From an uncultured Candidatus Bathyarchaeia archaeon (lineage in GTDB: Archaea; Thermoproteota; Bathyarchaeia; Bathyarchaeales; DTEX01): a stretch of 64,000 nt of DNA. The DNA is taken from contig CAZDRE010000006.1 in the NCBI GenBank assembly GCA_964508155.1, positions 7,266-71,265 on the forward strand, given 5' to 3'. The notes beneath the pieces were generated by a model. The model searched no databases. It was given only the letters and a program-made list of their open reading frames with translations, and was not told the origin of the DNA. Positions 26,599-36,132 of this stretch are shown piece by piece; position 1 is the first letter of the stretch, and each line of letters starts with the position of its first letter. The translations under genes were made by a program, and so were the position numbers.

Positions 26599-27171
26599 TC
26601 ACCTCCTCCTATTCTCCCTCTCCTCTAAGTAGTTGCTAATCCGATCGGCCATCCTTCTTGCTCTACGGCGGAGAACGTCCCGTATGACCTTCCCGATATC
26701 ATAGATTAAGATGAGAAAGATCCCTAAAGCGACTATGCTGATAGTAGCCGTCAAATATCCTCCAACATTAGGAATTGAGGATAAAATTGGAGATGATGCT
26801 GCGGTTATGAGAAGAGCCAACAAAATATATACCGTATCTCTGCCTATCCTCTTGAGAGGCTTCTTCTCTCGAATTCCAAGGAATCTTGTGATTATCTCAG
26901 CTGAAAGATCAACGAAGAACAATCCATCTAAGATTGCTTTTACAATGAAGATCATGGCGATTAATGTCGCCGTGACCCCGATGATCGAGGATGCGGAATT
27001 GAATGGCGGGGGCATGTTTATTCCGGGGATTGGCAGATCCTTAACGAATAAGGGACCTATCTGACCTATCACCCAAAAGAGAAATGCCATAACTACATTC
27101 ATGAGTACTCTTGGCAATCTACGCCTTAACTCCCTCTTTATGGACCCCCTATTCATAATTTTTTCTCCCAA
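26599..27171 (-). CDS. hypothetical membrane protein
   Basis: 190-aa ORF with 4 predicted TM segments. It lies 11 nt upstream of the permease gene and is co-directional with it. Confidence 0.45.
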   Translation of the reverse strand: MGEKIMNRGSIKRELRRRLPRVLMNVVMAFLFWVIGQIGPLFVKDLPIPGINMPPPFNSASSIIGVTATLIAMIFIVKAILDGLFFVDLSAEIITRFLGIREKKPLKRIGRDTVYILLALLITAASSPILSSIPNVGGYLTATISIVALGIFLILIYDIGKVIRDVLRRRARRMADRISNYLEERENRRR

Positions 27172-27264
27172 TCTGTTAGAGAAAAATTATCCACAAAGAA
27201 TTTAATAAATATAACTTTAGGGAATATGTTATTGTTACCCCGGGTGCCCTAATCTTCATAAATA

Positions 27265-28209
27265 TTGGAGCTGAAGGATTCCTTGACGGGAACATTAACG
27301 TTCATTGGCCACGTCTCAGTTGATCAAGTTGAGACCGTTAGTGGCGTGAACGTTCAGCCTGGAGGAGCGGCGCTTCACGCAGCAGTCGCTGCCAGAACAT
27401 TAAGTGAAGACGTAATACTCGCATCTGTGATAGGTGAGGACTATCCATACAAGGAGATCCTAAGGCTATTTCCGAGGGGATCAATAAGGTTCTCTAGGCT
27501 TCCATCCACTAAGTTTAGGATTAGGTATGATGAGAAATGGGAAGCTAAGTATCTTGAGACGAATTATGGTGCTGGAACGAGAATATCATTTCTTATAATA
27601 CCTCGTAGGGCTTTACGACCGGGCGGAGTGGTGCATATATCTCCACTGCCACCTACGAGGACTCAGAGAATCATTGAGAGGATAAGAGAATCCTCGCCAA
27701 AAGTAAAGATTTCCCTTAACACTTGGATTGGATATATGAAGACTAAAAGAAATAGGGAGATTCTGCGCGATATATCCCGCGAAGTTGATTACTTTATATT
27801 GAACGATTCTGAGGCTAAGGCTTTGGCCGAGGTAAATTCTCTCTCAATAGCTATTAGAATGTTAAGAGCCGGAACGCTCATAGTAACTCTCGGAGAATTT
27901 GGGGCTATAATTTCATCAGAGAAGAGTGGGGTTCAGATGGTTCCAGCTATGAGGTTCCCGGTGGAGAAGATAGTAGATGTCACAGGTGCTGGAGATGCAT
28001 GGTGCGGTGCATTTCTGGCATCGCTTCAATCGACCGGAGATCTTGTGAAGTCTGTAACTGCGGCATCGATAATTTCAGGCATAAAATGCACTGGATGGGG
28101 GTTCAGTAAGCTCTTAAATCTGAAGTTTAAGAGCGTAGATCATCTAATCGAGTATGTTATTGGTCTAAGAGAGGGGAGCTTACAGAGGAGAATAGTCGAT
28201 TTCCTTTAG
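27265..28209 (+). CDS. PfkB-family carbohydrate/nucleoside kinase
   Basis: 314-aa ORF with a TTG start and the PfkB signature 'DVTGAGDAWCGAFLA'. Confidence 0.75.
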   Translation: MELKDSLTGTLTFIGHVSVDQVETVSGVNVQPGGAALHAAVAARTLSEDVILASVIGEDYPYKEILRLFPRGSIRFSRLPSTKFRIRYDEKWEAKYLETNYGAGTRISFLIIPRRALRPGGVVHISPLPPTRTQRIIERIRESSPKVKISLNTWIGYMKTKRNREILRDISREVDYFILNDSEAKALAEVNSLSIAIRMLRAGTLIVTLGEFGAIISSEKSGVQMVPAMRFPVEKIVDVTGAGDAWCGAFLASLQSTGDLVKSVTAASIISGIKCTGWGFSKLLNLKFKSVDHLIEYVIGLREGSLQRRIVDFL

Positions 28210-28212
28210 GGA

Positions 28213-29610
28213 TTAGGGCGTTAGACCCTGCATTATCGGCTCTTTTACAGTTATCCCTCTTCGAATATAGCCGAGCTTCTCCATTATTCTGATGTTATCC
28301 TCTGAGCCTTGAACTAAGTCTCCTAGATCCCTATAGTCAAGAGTGTCTAGAATGTACGAAAGCGCATCTCTCGTTGTTCTTGCGGTATTGCCTTTATCTT
28401 CGATTAGATTCTTCTGTTCGTCGGGGTCTCTACTGAGGTCGTATAGCTCATCTTTTCCATCTGATGACCAGATATACTTGTAGTTATCAATTATTACTGC
28501 CTTAATCCACCTATTCCATCTTCTGAAGTCATAGTGTGGATCGACCTTAAGCATTCTCTCAATTGAGAGGAGCGGTTTTTGATGCTCGGAGAGAGTGAAG
28601 AATCTTTTCTTCTTTCCCTCAACTATCTGTAGTAGGCTTATGCCTTGATTCTGTCTCCAAACATCAACATCCCTAATAGATAATATTTCCAGTAATGTTG
28701 GAAATATGTCGAGTGTTTGAACGAGATCATCTATTACTTCTCCCTGAGGAAAGAGGTCTGGATGCCTGATGATGAGTGGCACGTGTATCCCGCTCTGATA
28801 TAGATGTAGCTGATGTGCTATGTGAGGTGGATAGTGTTCACCTTGTTCATCTCCATGATCGCTCGTTAAAATTAGTAATGTATCATCTAGCAGATTTTTT
28901 TCTTCTAGATAAGCGAATAATTTGCCTAATCTCTCATCTAAACAGGCAGTTTCGCCGTCATAGAGTGCCCTTAGCTCTTTCCATCTGTCCTTCGTAATCT
29001 TTTCGATCCCCATTCTTACCTTCCATGGATCCGGCTGAATCTCCTTGACCCTATCCATATCTGTGTCTCCCAAAAAACGCTTCACATACTTTAATGGGGG
29101 GATATACGGTAAATGAGGTTCAAGGCAATTTATGAAGATGAAGAAGGGCTGGTTGGATAAGTTCCCATCAATCCATTTCGTGGCATGCTCAATTATCCTT
29201 TCGGATCTGACATTTATCCATTCATCATACGAAGCGTAGGAGATGGGATAGAACTCATCGAATCCCCTATCATCTCTAATTCCATATCTTGCCCACCAAT
29301 GCGTGTTTAGGCAGAAACCAGCAGTTCTGTATCCTGATGCCTTTAAGACCTCTGTGAGCGTATACTTCTCAATAGGCTTATAGTTATACTGGGCTCCAAC
29401 TCCATGGCCATATACGTATCTTCCAGTGAAGATGGATGCGTGGGATGGTAGAGTCCAGACTGCCGGAGATATGCATCTAAGAAAAACCGTTCCCTCCTTC
29501 GCTATTCTATCTATGTTTGGGGTGGTCTCCTTATCGTATCCATAACAGTGGATGTTCGAGGCTCTTTGAACATCCATTACTACCAATATTATGTTTGGTC
29601 TATCGTCCAT
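28213..29610 (-). CDS. sulfatase-like alkaline-phosphatase-superfamily hydrolase lacking the CxPxR formylglycine motif
   Basis: 465-aa ORF. 'PNIILVVMDVQRASNIHCYGY...TPNIDRIAKEGTVF' is a typical sulfatase N-terminus and 'TSDHGD' is present. The active-site motif reads 'TLPSHASIFTG' instead of 'C[TS]PSRASLLTG'. Confidence 0.7.
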   Translation of the reverse strand: MDDRPNIILVVMDVQRASNIHCYGYDKETTPNIDRIAKEGTVFLRCISPAVWTLPSHASIFTGRYVYGHGVGAQYNYKPIEKYTLTEVLKASGYRTAGFCLNTHWWARYGIRDDRGFDEFYPISYASYDEWINVRSERIIEHATKWIDGNLSNQPFFIFINCLEPHLPYIPPLKYVKRFLGDTDMDRVKEIQPDPWKVRMGIEKITKDRWKELRALYDGETACLDERLGKLFAYLEEKNLLDDTLLILTSDHGDEQGEHYPPHIAHQLHLYQSGIHVPLIIRHPDLFPQGEVIDDLVQTLDIFPTLLEILSIRDVDVWRQNQGISLLQIVEGKKKRFFTLSEHQKPLLSIERMLKVDPHYDFRRWNRWIKAVIIDNYKYIWSSDGKDELYDLSRDPDEQKNLIEDKGNTARTTRDALSYILDTLDYRDLGDLVQGSEDNIRIMEKLGYIRRGITVKEPIMQGLTP

Positions 29611-29627
29611 TTCAGCCCCTCCGAAAA

Positions 29628-30839
29628 TTAAAGGGATTTATTAGATATTGCTTTAATAATGCTTTCTATCCTTTTCTCAATCTCTTCTGGTAGATCGAAT
29701 ATGCCCACATCCATAAATCCCCTAACAATTAGGGATATTGCCTCCCTTTCTGAAAATCCACGCGCCATCAGATAATGTATCTCTTCTTCAGCGATTTTTC
29801 CAACAGCAGCCTCGTGTGAGAGGTCTGCTCCCGGGGCTTTAGCTAAAAGTTCAGGGACGGCGTGGATCATGGCATTGTCTGATAATAAGAGGCCTCTGCA
29901 TTCGAGATGAGCTCTGCAATTTTCACATCTTCCCTCAAGGAATCCGCGCATGTATATCTTGGAATTATCAGTGGCTATTGCCCTAGTTATGATCTCTCCT
30001 CCAGCCCCATCATTTTGGAGCGTTATCTTTGAGCCAACATCAATTTGTGAATCTTTAGAGCCATAGAGTATGCTGTTAAATCTCACCTTAGAGTTCTCGC
30101 CACTGCAATATGCAACCGGATACATCTGAAGGCTCCTAACAGGCGTGAATAACAGATAATTGCTTATGAAGACTCCATTCTCGCCGATCATTGCCGCCGA
30201 TCTTGGACGTGAATCGAAGCCCTGACTCCATCCATGTATCATAGTGAAAGTTAGCTTAGCATCTTCCTTTATGTAGAATTCTGAGACTCCGACATGTAAA
30301 CCTCTATGAACATTAATGTGGGATGCACATCCAGTTATCACTTGAGCTTCTGATCCAGCCTCGGCAATCACGACGTTATGAACGTTCTGATTGAGATTAT
30401 CCGTTGATACGAAAAGGCATGACTGGATTGGTAGGGTTACCTTCTGATCCTCAAGTATCCTTATAAAGTATCCATGATCCCACATTGAATAAGCCATATA
30501 CGTGAATTTATCGGTGTCCCTTCTAATCAGCCTCCACCAGTAATTCTTGAACCAATCATACTTCTTAATTGCTTCTCTTGTGCTCATAACTTCAACTTGA
30601 TCCCTAAATTTTTCATTGATTGTCTTTGAGACCACCGAATGATCTATTTGAAAGTATGTTGCAGCTCTCATATCTTCATCTAGTATTACTCCTACATCAG
30701 ATGATCGGCTAATAATATCCGCTGGTAGATTTGAGATTGGGCAAGAACTCCACTTAGCAGCCTTTCTAACGAAGGTGAAGGAGCTCGTCAGATCATATTC
30801 TCCCTTATCTTTTTTCTCCTCGGACACTTCATACACCAC
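29628..30839 (-). CDS. Fe-S cluster assembly protein SufB/SufD family
   Basis: 403-aa ORF. The C-terminal 'DLSHEAAVGKIAEEEIHYLMARGFSEREAISLIVRGF' is typical of SufB/D, and the gene lies immediately downstream of sufC. Confidence 0.8.
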   Translation of the reverse strand: MVYEVSEEKKDKGEYDLTSSFTFVRKAAKWSSCPISNLPADIISRSSDVGVILDEDMRAATYFQIDHSVVSKTINEKFRDQVEVMSTREAIKKYDWFKNYWWRLIRRDTDKFTYMAYSMWDHGYFIRILEDQKVTLPIQSCLFVSTDNLNQNVHNVVIAEAGSEAQVITGCASHINVHRGLHVGVSEFYIKEDAKLTFTMIHGWSQGFDSRPRSAAMIGENGVFISNYLLFTPVRSLQMYPVAYCSGENSKVRFNSILYGSKDSQIDVGSKITLQNDGAGGEIITRAIATDNSKIYMRGFLEGRCENCRAHLECRGLLLSDNAMIHAVPELLAKAPGADLSHEAAVGKIAEEEIHYLMARGFSEREAISLIVRGFMDVGIFDLPEEIEKRIESIIKAISNKSL

Positions 30840-31531
30840 CCGTAGCCCTCACTCATTATCTGGCTTAGAATTCTCGTAGGTCTACCTGAGCATACAATAG
30901 TTCCTTTGAGCATGACGTGAGCTATATCGGCGTCGATGAAGCGTAGAATGTGACCTTGATGAGTTATTATCAATCCGGATCTGCCCTTAAGCATCTCATT
31001 TATGAGCTCACCGAGTAACCTCAAGTTTTCAACATCTACGCCAGAGTCTGGCTCATCGAGTAATAGCAGATCTCCTCCCTGAACTATCGCTTGTAGAATC
31101 TCGGATTTCTTTATTTCCCCGCCTGAGAAGCCGAGATTAACGTCTCTTCTGAGAAATTCACGCGGAAAATTGATCCTTTCTAGGATAGAATCGATCGTGC
31201 ATTCATCTTTAATCGAATGATTCAGTATGTCCCCGAGCTTGACACCTCTTATTGCTGGGGGATTCTGAAATGCAACACTTATTCCCAGATTAACTCTCTC
31301 ATTAATCGGCAAGTCAATTATGTTTTTTCCCTTAAAGATTATCTCACCTGAAATCACTTTATAGGCTGGAAATCCGAGGATAGTCATTATTAGGCTGCTC
31401 TTTCCAGAGCCGTTTGGACCAAATAGTATATGCGTCTCTCCCTTCTCAATACGTAGGTCGACATCTTCAAGAACTATCCTGCCGGAGACTTCAACGGTAA
31501 GATCGTTGATCTCAAGCAATTCTCCAGTCAA
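30788..31531 (-). CDS. sufC: Fe-S cluster assembly ATPase SufC
   Basis: 247-aa ORF with Walker A 'GPNGSGKSS', signature 'FSGGE' and Walker B 'LLLLDEPDSG'. Its 3' end overlaps the sufB/D start by 52 nt. Confidence 0.85.
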   Translation of the reverse strand: MTGELLEINDLTVEVSGRIVLEDVDLRIEKGETHILFGPNGSGKSSLIMTILGFPAYKVISGEIIFKGKNIIDLPINERVNLGISVAFQNPPAIRGVKLGDILNHSIKDECTIDSILERINFPREFLRRDVNLGFSGGEIKKSEILQAIVQGGDLLLLDEPDSGVDVENLRLLGELINEMLKGRSGLIITHQGHILRFIDADIAHVMLKGTIVCSGRPTRILSQIMSEGYGWCMKCPRRKKIRENMI

Positions 31532-31624
31532 ATCGTTCTCTCCTAGTCTCGTTTTGCTGAGGCAAGAAAGGTGCAGCTAATTATTGCTTGCCATCTAATA
31601 AATTGTTTGATTTAAGATTTATAT

Positions 31625-32839
31625 TTGGAGCGTAGTTATGGAATCTTTAAAGTAGCGGATGAGATTTATATGCCTAAATTAAATAGGGATCTCACGCTCC
31701 TCTTCATAACCAATATCTTTGTCTCCATCATCTTATACACGACGTACATATTCATCCCCTTATTCATTAGGAGCCTAGGAGTCTCTGTTTTTGAGGTTGG
31801 CATAGTCTTATTCATCGGTAATGCCTCGGCAATGATAATGATGATAATCAGCGGATACCTATCCGACATGTATGGCAGATGGAAGATCATAATTTTAAGC
31901 GGGATCATCCAGATTGTAGCTTCCCTACTGTTTATATCAGCAAGGGGATGGCTTGAAGCAGCATTTTATACGATGCTAATTTACATTGCGATAGCCCTTT
32001 TCATATCGTCGCGATCGGCGATGATAATTGATCTTGCAAGGAGAGGATCAACTGGCGGAATTTTCGGATTGATAAATACTGCATGGCCCATAGGAGGTTT
32101 GATTGGTCCCTTTCTTGGAGGGTTAATAGTTGATGGGTTTGGATGGGTCTTCTTCTTTTACTTTCTATGCTCTATTGCGACATCACATCTTCTTGTAAGC
32201 TTCTTGCTTCCAAGAGGCAGTGTAGCATACAGCCGAGGCAAGATCGGAAAGCCTGAATTTTCGATCAGACAGATAGCTTTAACGCTGACTTTCTTTATCC
32301 TATTACATGTAATAGCGAATACTTCGATCAGTATGCTTTCAACGATCTTTCCATTCTATTTAACTGAGAGATTTGGAAAGACGAAGACTGAAGTTGGAAT
32401 CTTCTTCTCTGTTGGAATGGGATTGGCAACTTTAATCGCTCAAGCTCCAAGCGGATTCTTGGCGGATAATATTGGAAGGAAGAAGACCATATGTTATAGC
32501 GTCCTCCCAATACCGATCCTATCCATGCTTTTCATAGTCACAAATGATTATCTGCTTAATCTTTTACTTTACATGTGCATCTACAGTCTTTGGAGTGCAA
32601 CATGGCCTGCTTCAAACACGTATATAGCCGAGGTCTTCCCTCGTGGAAGAAAGGGTTTCGCGATTGGGATAAGACTTACATCATCCCGTTTAGGCCTCAC
32701 AATAGGCCCACTTATCGGCGGATACCTATGGGATAACTATAATATCCAGACGCTATTCTATCTCTTAACTGTGCTTACCTCCATCTCGCTTCTGATGGCC
32801 ATTCTTCTTAAGGATGAGTCTTCAATTGTGAATAGATGA
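31625..32839 (+). CDS. MFS transporter
   Basis: 404-aa ORF with ~12 TM segments and the motif-A-like 'GYLSDMYGRWK' and 'ADNIGRKK'. An alternative start is ATG 31670. Confidence 0.75.
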   Translation: MERSYGIFKVADEIYMPKLNRDLTLLFITNIFVSIILYTTYIFIPLFIRSLGVSVFEVGIVLFIGNASAMIMMIISGYLSDMYGRWKIIILSGIIQIVASLLFISARGWLEAAFYTMLIYIAIALFISSRSAMIIDLARRGSTGGIFGLINTAWPIGGLIGPFLGGLIVDGFGWVFFFYFLCSIATSHLLVSFLLPRGSVAYSRGKIGKPEFSIRQIALTLTFFILLHVIANTSISMLSTIFPFYLTERFGKTKTEVGIFFSVGMGLATLIAQAPSGFLADNIGRKKTICYSVLPIPILSMLFIVTNDYLLNLLLYMCIYSLWSATWPASNTYIAEVFPRGRKGFAIGIRLTSSRLGLTIGPLIGGYLWDNYNIQTLFYLLTVLTSISLLMAILLKDESSIVNR

Positions 32840-33718
32840 TCAGCCCTTTTGCAGTAATACCTCAAAGATTATCTTCGCCGCCACGGCCGATGTGACCCCA
32901 AAATCGTATGGGGGTGTCGTTTCGGTTATATCGAATGCAACCAGTCGATCCAAGTTTATCTCTGAGATCATATTCAATAGTTGGCGGGTTGATATCCCGT
33001 CAGGCTCAGGAGTTTGAACAGCTGGAGCGAATGCTGGATCGAGAACATCCATGTCCAATGATAGATATAGAGCTTTTGCGTCTTCTAGGAGGCGATTAAT
33101 CTTAGACGAGGAATCCTTGACGTTATCATTTAAGATTTCACGAGAGGATATTATATGGATTCCCTTCTTCTCGGCATATTCGATCTCCTCCTTACATGCT
33201 GCGCGGGCTCCGACAATAATGACTCCTTCCAGATTCTTGTTTGTTTCATAGATCCTTCTGATTACCGTTGCATGAGAGAATTTCATATCTAAATACTCAT
33301 TTCTTAGGTCTAAGTGCGCATCAAAGCATAAGAGCTTAAAGGGCTTATCTATGGCCTTAACAGAGCCTATTGTTAGCGTATGTTCTCCTCCAATGAGAAC
33401 TGGAGTCTTACCTGCCTCTATAATCTCCCTCGTTATGAGCTCCAGACGCCTCAGCGTCTCCTCAATTCTCAGACTGATATTCAAGTCTCCAGCATCGTGT
33501 ATTCTCAAATCTTCAATGCTTTTGTTTGTTCTAAAGCTGAAACCCTCAATATTGAGAGATGCCTCTCTAATTGCACGTGGAGCGAACCTCGAGCCAGGAC
33601 GATAGGAACTTGTATTGTCGAATGGAACGCCAATGATTATGTAATCTGCATCTTCAAATCTACGTTCGCTTCCGGCGAACGTTAATGTCGGCCTAACATA
33701 GAGGTCTAAAAAGCTCAT
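32840..33718 (-). CDS. speB: agmatinase / ureohydrolase family
   Basis: 292-aa ORF with 'GGEHT', 'DAHLDL' and 'SLDMDVLDPAFAP', the Mn-binding motifs of the arginase family. Confidence 0.85.
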   Translation of the reverse strand: MSFLDLYVRPTLTFAGSERRFEDADYIIIGVPFDNTSSYRPGSRFAPRAIREASLNIEGFSFRTNKSIEDLRIHDAGDLNISLRIEETLRRLELITREIIEAGKTPVLIGGEHTLTIGSVKAIDKPFKLLCFDAHLDLRNEYLDMKFSHATVIRRIYETNKNLEGVIIVGARAACKEEIEYAEKKGIHIISSREILNDNVKDSSSKINRLLEDAKALYLSLDMDVLDPAFAPAVQTPEPDGISTRQLLNMISEINLDRLVAFDITETTPPYDFGVTSAVAAKIIFEVLLQKG

Positions 33719-33746
33719 CTAGCATCTACCACTATATTCTTGAGCC

Positions 33747-34826
33747 TTACTTTTCGTCTATGGGATACCGACCATACTTCAGTACCACATTCATTATCTT
33801 CATATATGCCATGTTCCTTTTCTTCGGCGGGACTGTCTCCGTTATTCCAAGCATAAAGCCGTCTCCAGGTGCAGCCTCCTTAAGAAGATTTCTCACGTAA
33901 CTCTCAAGGCTATCGAGCTCATAAAATATGGTTTCAGGCATGTTCAGCCATAATGAGATCTTTCCTCTCCAAGCCTCTCTGGCCTCTCTGACTGATAAGT
34001 TTCCAACTGGAGGAGGAGTAAATCCGTGAATGAAATCTAAATTCGAATCCTTAATGAGGTTCTTTAGTCTTTTTAGTCTGCCATCCATGTGTGAACCTAC
34101 AATTTTACCTCTCTGATGAAGGAGATCAGCGTATTCCCTATAATAAGGAAGGCAATACTTCTCGAACAATCTCGTTCCGATCAAAACTTCATCTATATTA
34201 TCTCCCAAAAGAACTATTTTGGCGGGCGAATCGGCAATTATCTTGCATATCTCCTTCTTCCTTTCGGCCATAACTTCGAGTAGAGCCTCGACTTTCCCAG
34301 GGTTTCTGTGTATTTCGACTGCTAGCTTTTCCATGCCCATATATCTGATTAGGAGATCCATAAAGGGCGTATAGCCCAAATCTGTGCATACTACTCCATC
34401 ATCCCCAAGGTCATCTTCCATCATCTTAAAGTCATCATATTTCGGCTTCACAATCATATTCTCAAAGATATACTCTATAACATTATAGTCCTCATCTTCT
34501 TTGATGAAGTATTCAACTCTCCATTGACTGCTTCTCTCCCCACCTTCTGATGGGAGATTCGTTCTGATCTTCTCTGAGACTTCGCCGACGGGAGTATCAT
34601 ATATCCTGATCGTATAGTCTCCCTTACTTATGTTCTTAACCGTTAATTCCGGAATTGATATGCTGAAGACTGAGCATTGAGGAGTTAATCCCATACCCAT
34701 GTTTCTAAGTTTCCGCTCGATAGATCCCCTGGGAAGATGATTCGGCTTGGAGGTCCATGGAATATAATCTGGATTCCCCCAAGTTAACGCTGCGATAATC
34801 CTTTCCTTTGCATTCATATCGTTCAC
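33747..34826 (-). CDS. uroporphyrinogen-decarboxylase (URO-D)-like family protein (paralogue 1), function unknown
   Basis: 359-aa ORF whose length and C-terminal half ('GSHMDGRL...FIHGFTPPP') resemble the URO-D/MtaA-fold family. No Zn-binding Cys motif is present. Confidence 0.45.
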   Translation of the reverse strand: MNDMNAKERIIAALTWGNPDYIPWTSKPNHLPRGSIERKLRNMGMGLTPQCSVFSISIPELTVKNISKGDYTIRIYDTPVGEVSEKIRTNLPSEGGERSSQWRVEYFIKEDEDYNVIEYIFENMIVKPKYDDFKMMEDDLGDDGVVCTDLGYTPFMDLLIRYMGMEKLAVEIHRNPGKVEALLEVMAERKKEICKIIADSPAKIVLLGDNIDEVLIGTRLFEKYCLPYYREYADLLHQRGKIVGSHMDGRLKRLKNLIKDSNLDFIHGFTPPPVGNLSVREAREAWRGKISLWLNMPETIFYELDSLESYVRNLLKEAAPGDGFMLGITETVPPKKRNMAYMKIMNVVLKYGRYPIDEK

Positions 34827-34850
34827 CGGATTGTTAAGGCTTAGTTAGAC

Positions 34851-36122
34851 CTATTGGATCTCAACTTTTGGCGGGTTTGCCCATTCCTGCCATCTCTCCT
34901 CAACTCTTCCTAACCATGGATCGCCTCTATGAATGTAGATCCTATATCGCATTTCAAATCTATCCCCTCTCGCCTTTGATAGGTATATCGGCCCTTGATC
35001 TGGCCATTCGGGCTTCTTATCATAGAATGGATTTGCTGCAAATAATCCGTATCCCCTCACATGCCACCCTGTTGGATGTCTAATATTTTCTGGATGATCC
35101 ATTGCTGCTATGCCATTTATTGGTCCTCCATTCTTAACAGGCCCATAATAGTCAACCCATCTTGCGGGTCTACCCCAACATTCCTTCTCCGTCATTCTCC
35201 CTTCTGAATTTACGATTCTTCCTCCAGATGTTTCACGCATGCTATCTGCAACTCTGATGGCGAGTGGACCATTCTCCTTAGCCCTTCCCTTTCCTTCAAT
35301 ATCTGCGCCTAAGATTATCTCATCCGTGAGGGGCTCCATCACTGTATGAATGTCTATTATGCGCATGGGAGATACGTTCCAAATCGTTATGGTTCTCCTC
35401 TCCTTCATCAAGATCTTTCCCTTAGACTTAATCTTCCATCTACTTCTATCGTATGTGGGCTCCTCTAACTCATCATTCTGTTTCCAGATGTTCTCCGCCT
35501 CGATCAATCCGAAGACAGGCCCATCTTCTATTTTCCTGAATCTTTGATGAATAACCCTCCCGTGCCTTGGATCCCCGATGTTTCCTAAAGCCCAAAAGTC
35601 TATTCCAGGTTCTCCTCTTTTCCCGGAGACATCTCCTAATGCTATATTTATTCCCTTATGGTGTGGATGATCCCCAAAGTTGGGTATATGCCTAACCACA
35701 TTTAGCCCATCCGGCCCTATTACTGGATATAGAAATGGCCTCTCATATGCATCATTGTAAATATAATTCGTTACATGCATTCCATTTATGAATACTTCGA
35801 GCTGATAGTCTCCTCTATCCCATATCTTGACTCCCTCTGGGAGATTATAGCCCTTAAGCACATCCCTGCCAATGATCACCTCGAGCTTCTCATGTGCATA
35901 GCTGGGATGGATCCATGAAAGCTTCCCTTTTAAGCTTCCATTCTCAGATGGGGAGAATTGGCACGGTATTATTCTCCCCGTCGCCTCATCAACAATTTTA
36001 ATCTCAAAATCCTCTCTATCATTCTGCTTCACATACTCTTTGAGATCTATCTCAATTGAGATAGGTGTTAAATAGAATTTTCGTCCCTCAAAATCCACTT
36101 GCAGACTGATCCTACTCGTCAT
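34851..36122 (-). CDS. DUF6807 / PmoA-like family protein
   Basis: 423-aa ORF. 'RPFLYPVIGPDGLNVVRHIPNFGDHPHHKGINIALGDVSG...IDFWA' matches the family hallmark 'rPyl.Pl..p.G..vtr....DHpHHrGl.f..gdVnG.dFW'. Confidence 0.6.
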   Translation of the reverse strand: MTSRISLQVDFEGRKFYLTPISIEIDLKEYVKQNDREDFEIKIVDEATGRIIPCQFSPSENGSLKGKLSWIHPSYAHEKLEVIIGRDVLKGYNLPEGVKIWDRGDYQLEVFINGMHVTNYIYNDAYERPFLYPVIGPDGLNVVRHIPNFGDHPHHKGINIALGDVSGKRGEPGIDFWALGNIGDPRHGRVIHQRFRKIEDGPVFGLIEAENIWKQNDELEEPTYDRSRWKIKSKGKILMKERRTITIWNVSPMRIIDIHTVMEPLTDEIILGADIEGKGRAKENGPLAIRVADSMRETSGGRIVNSEGRMTEKECWGRPARWVDYYGPVKNGGPINGIAAMDHPENIRHPTGWHVRGYGLFAANPFYDKKPEWPDQGPIYLSKARGDRFEMRYRIYIHRGDPWLGRVEERWQEWANPPKVEIQ

Positions 36123-36132
36123 ATCCTCTCCC

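Noticed and set aside
30788-30839. The 52-nt overlap between the sufC 3' end and the sufB/D start, considered as a possible frameshift or fusion.
   Set aside because: Both ORFs are complete with intact motifs. SufC simply has a short basic tail beyond the usual '...GYGW' end. No alternative in-frame start for sufB/D exists nearby, so this is treated as an ordinary overlap.
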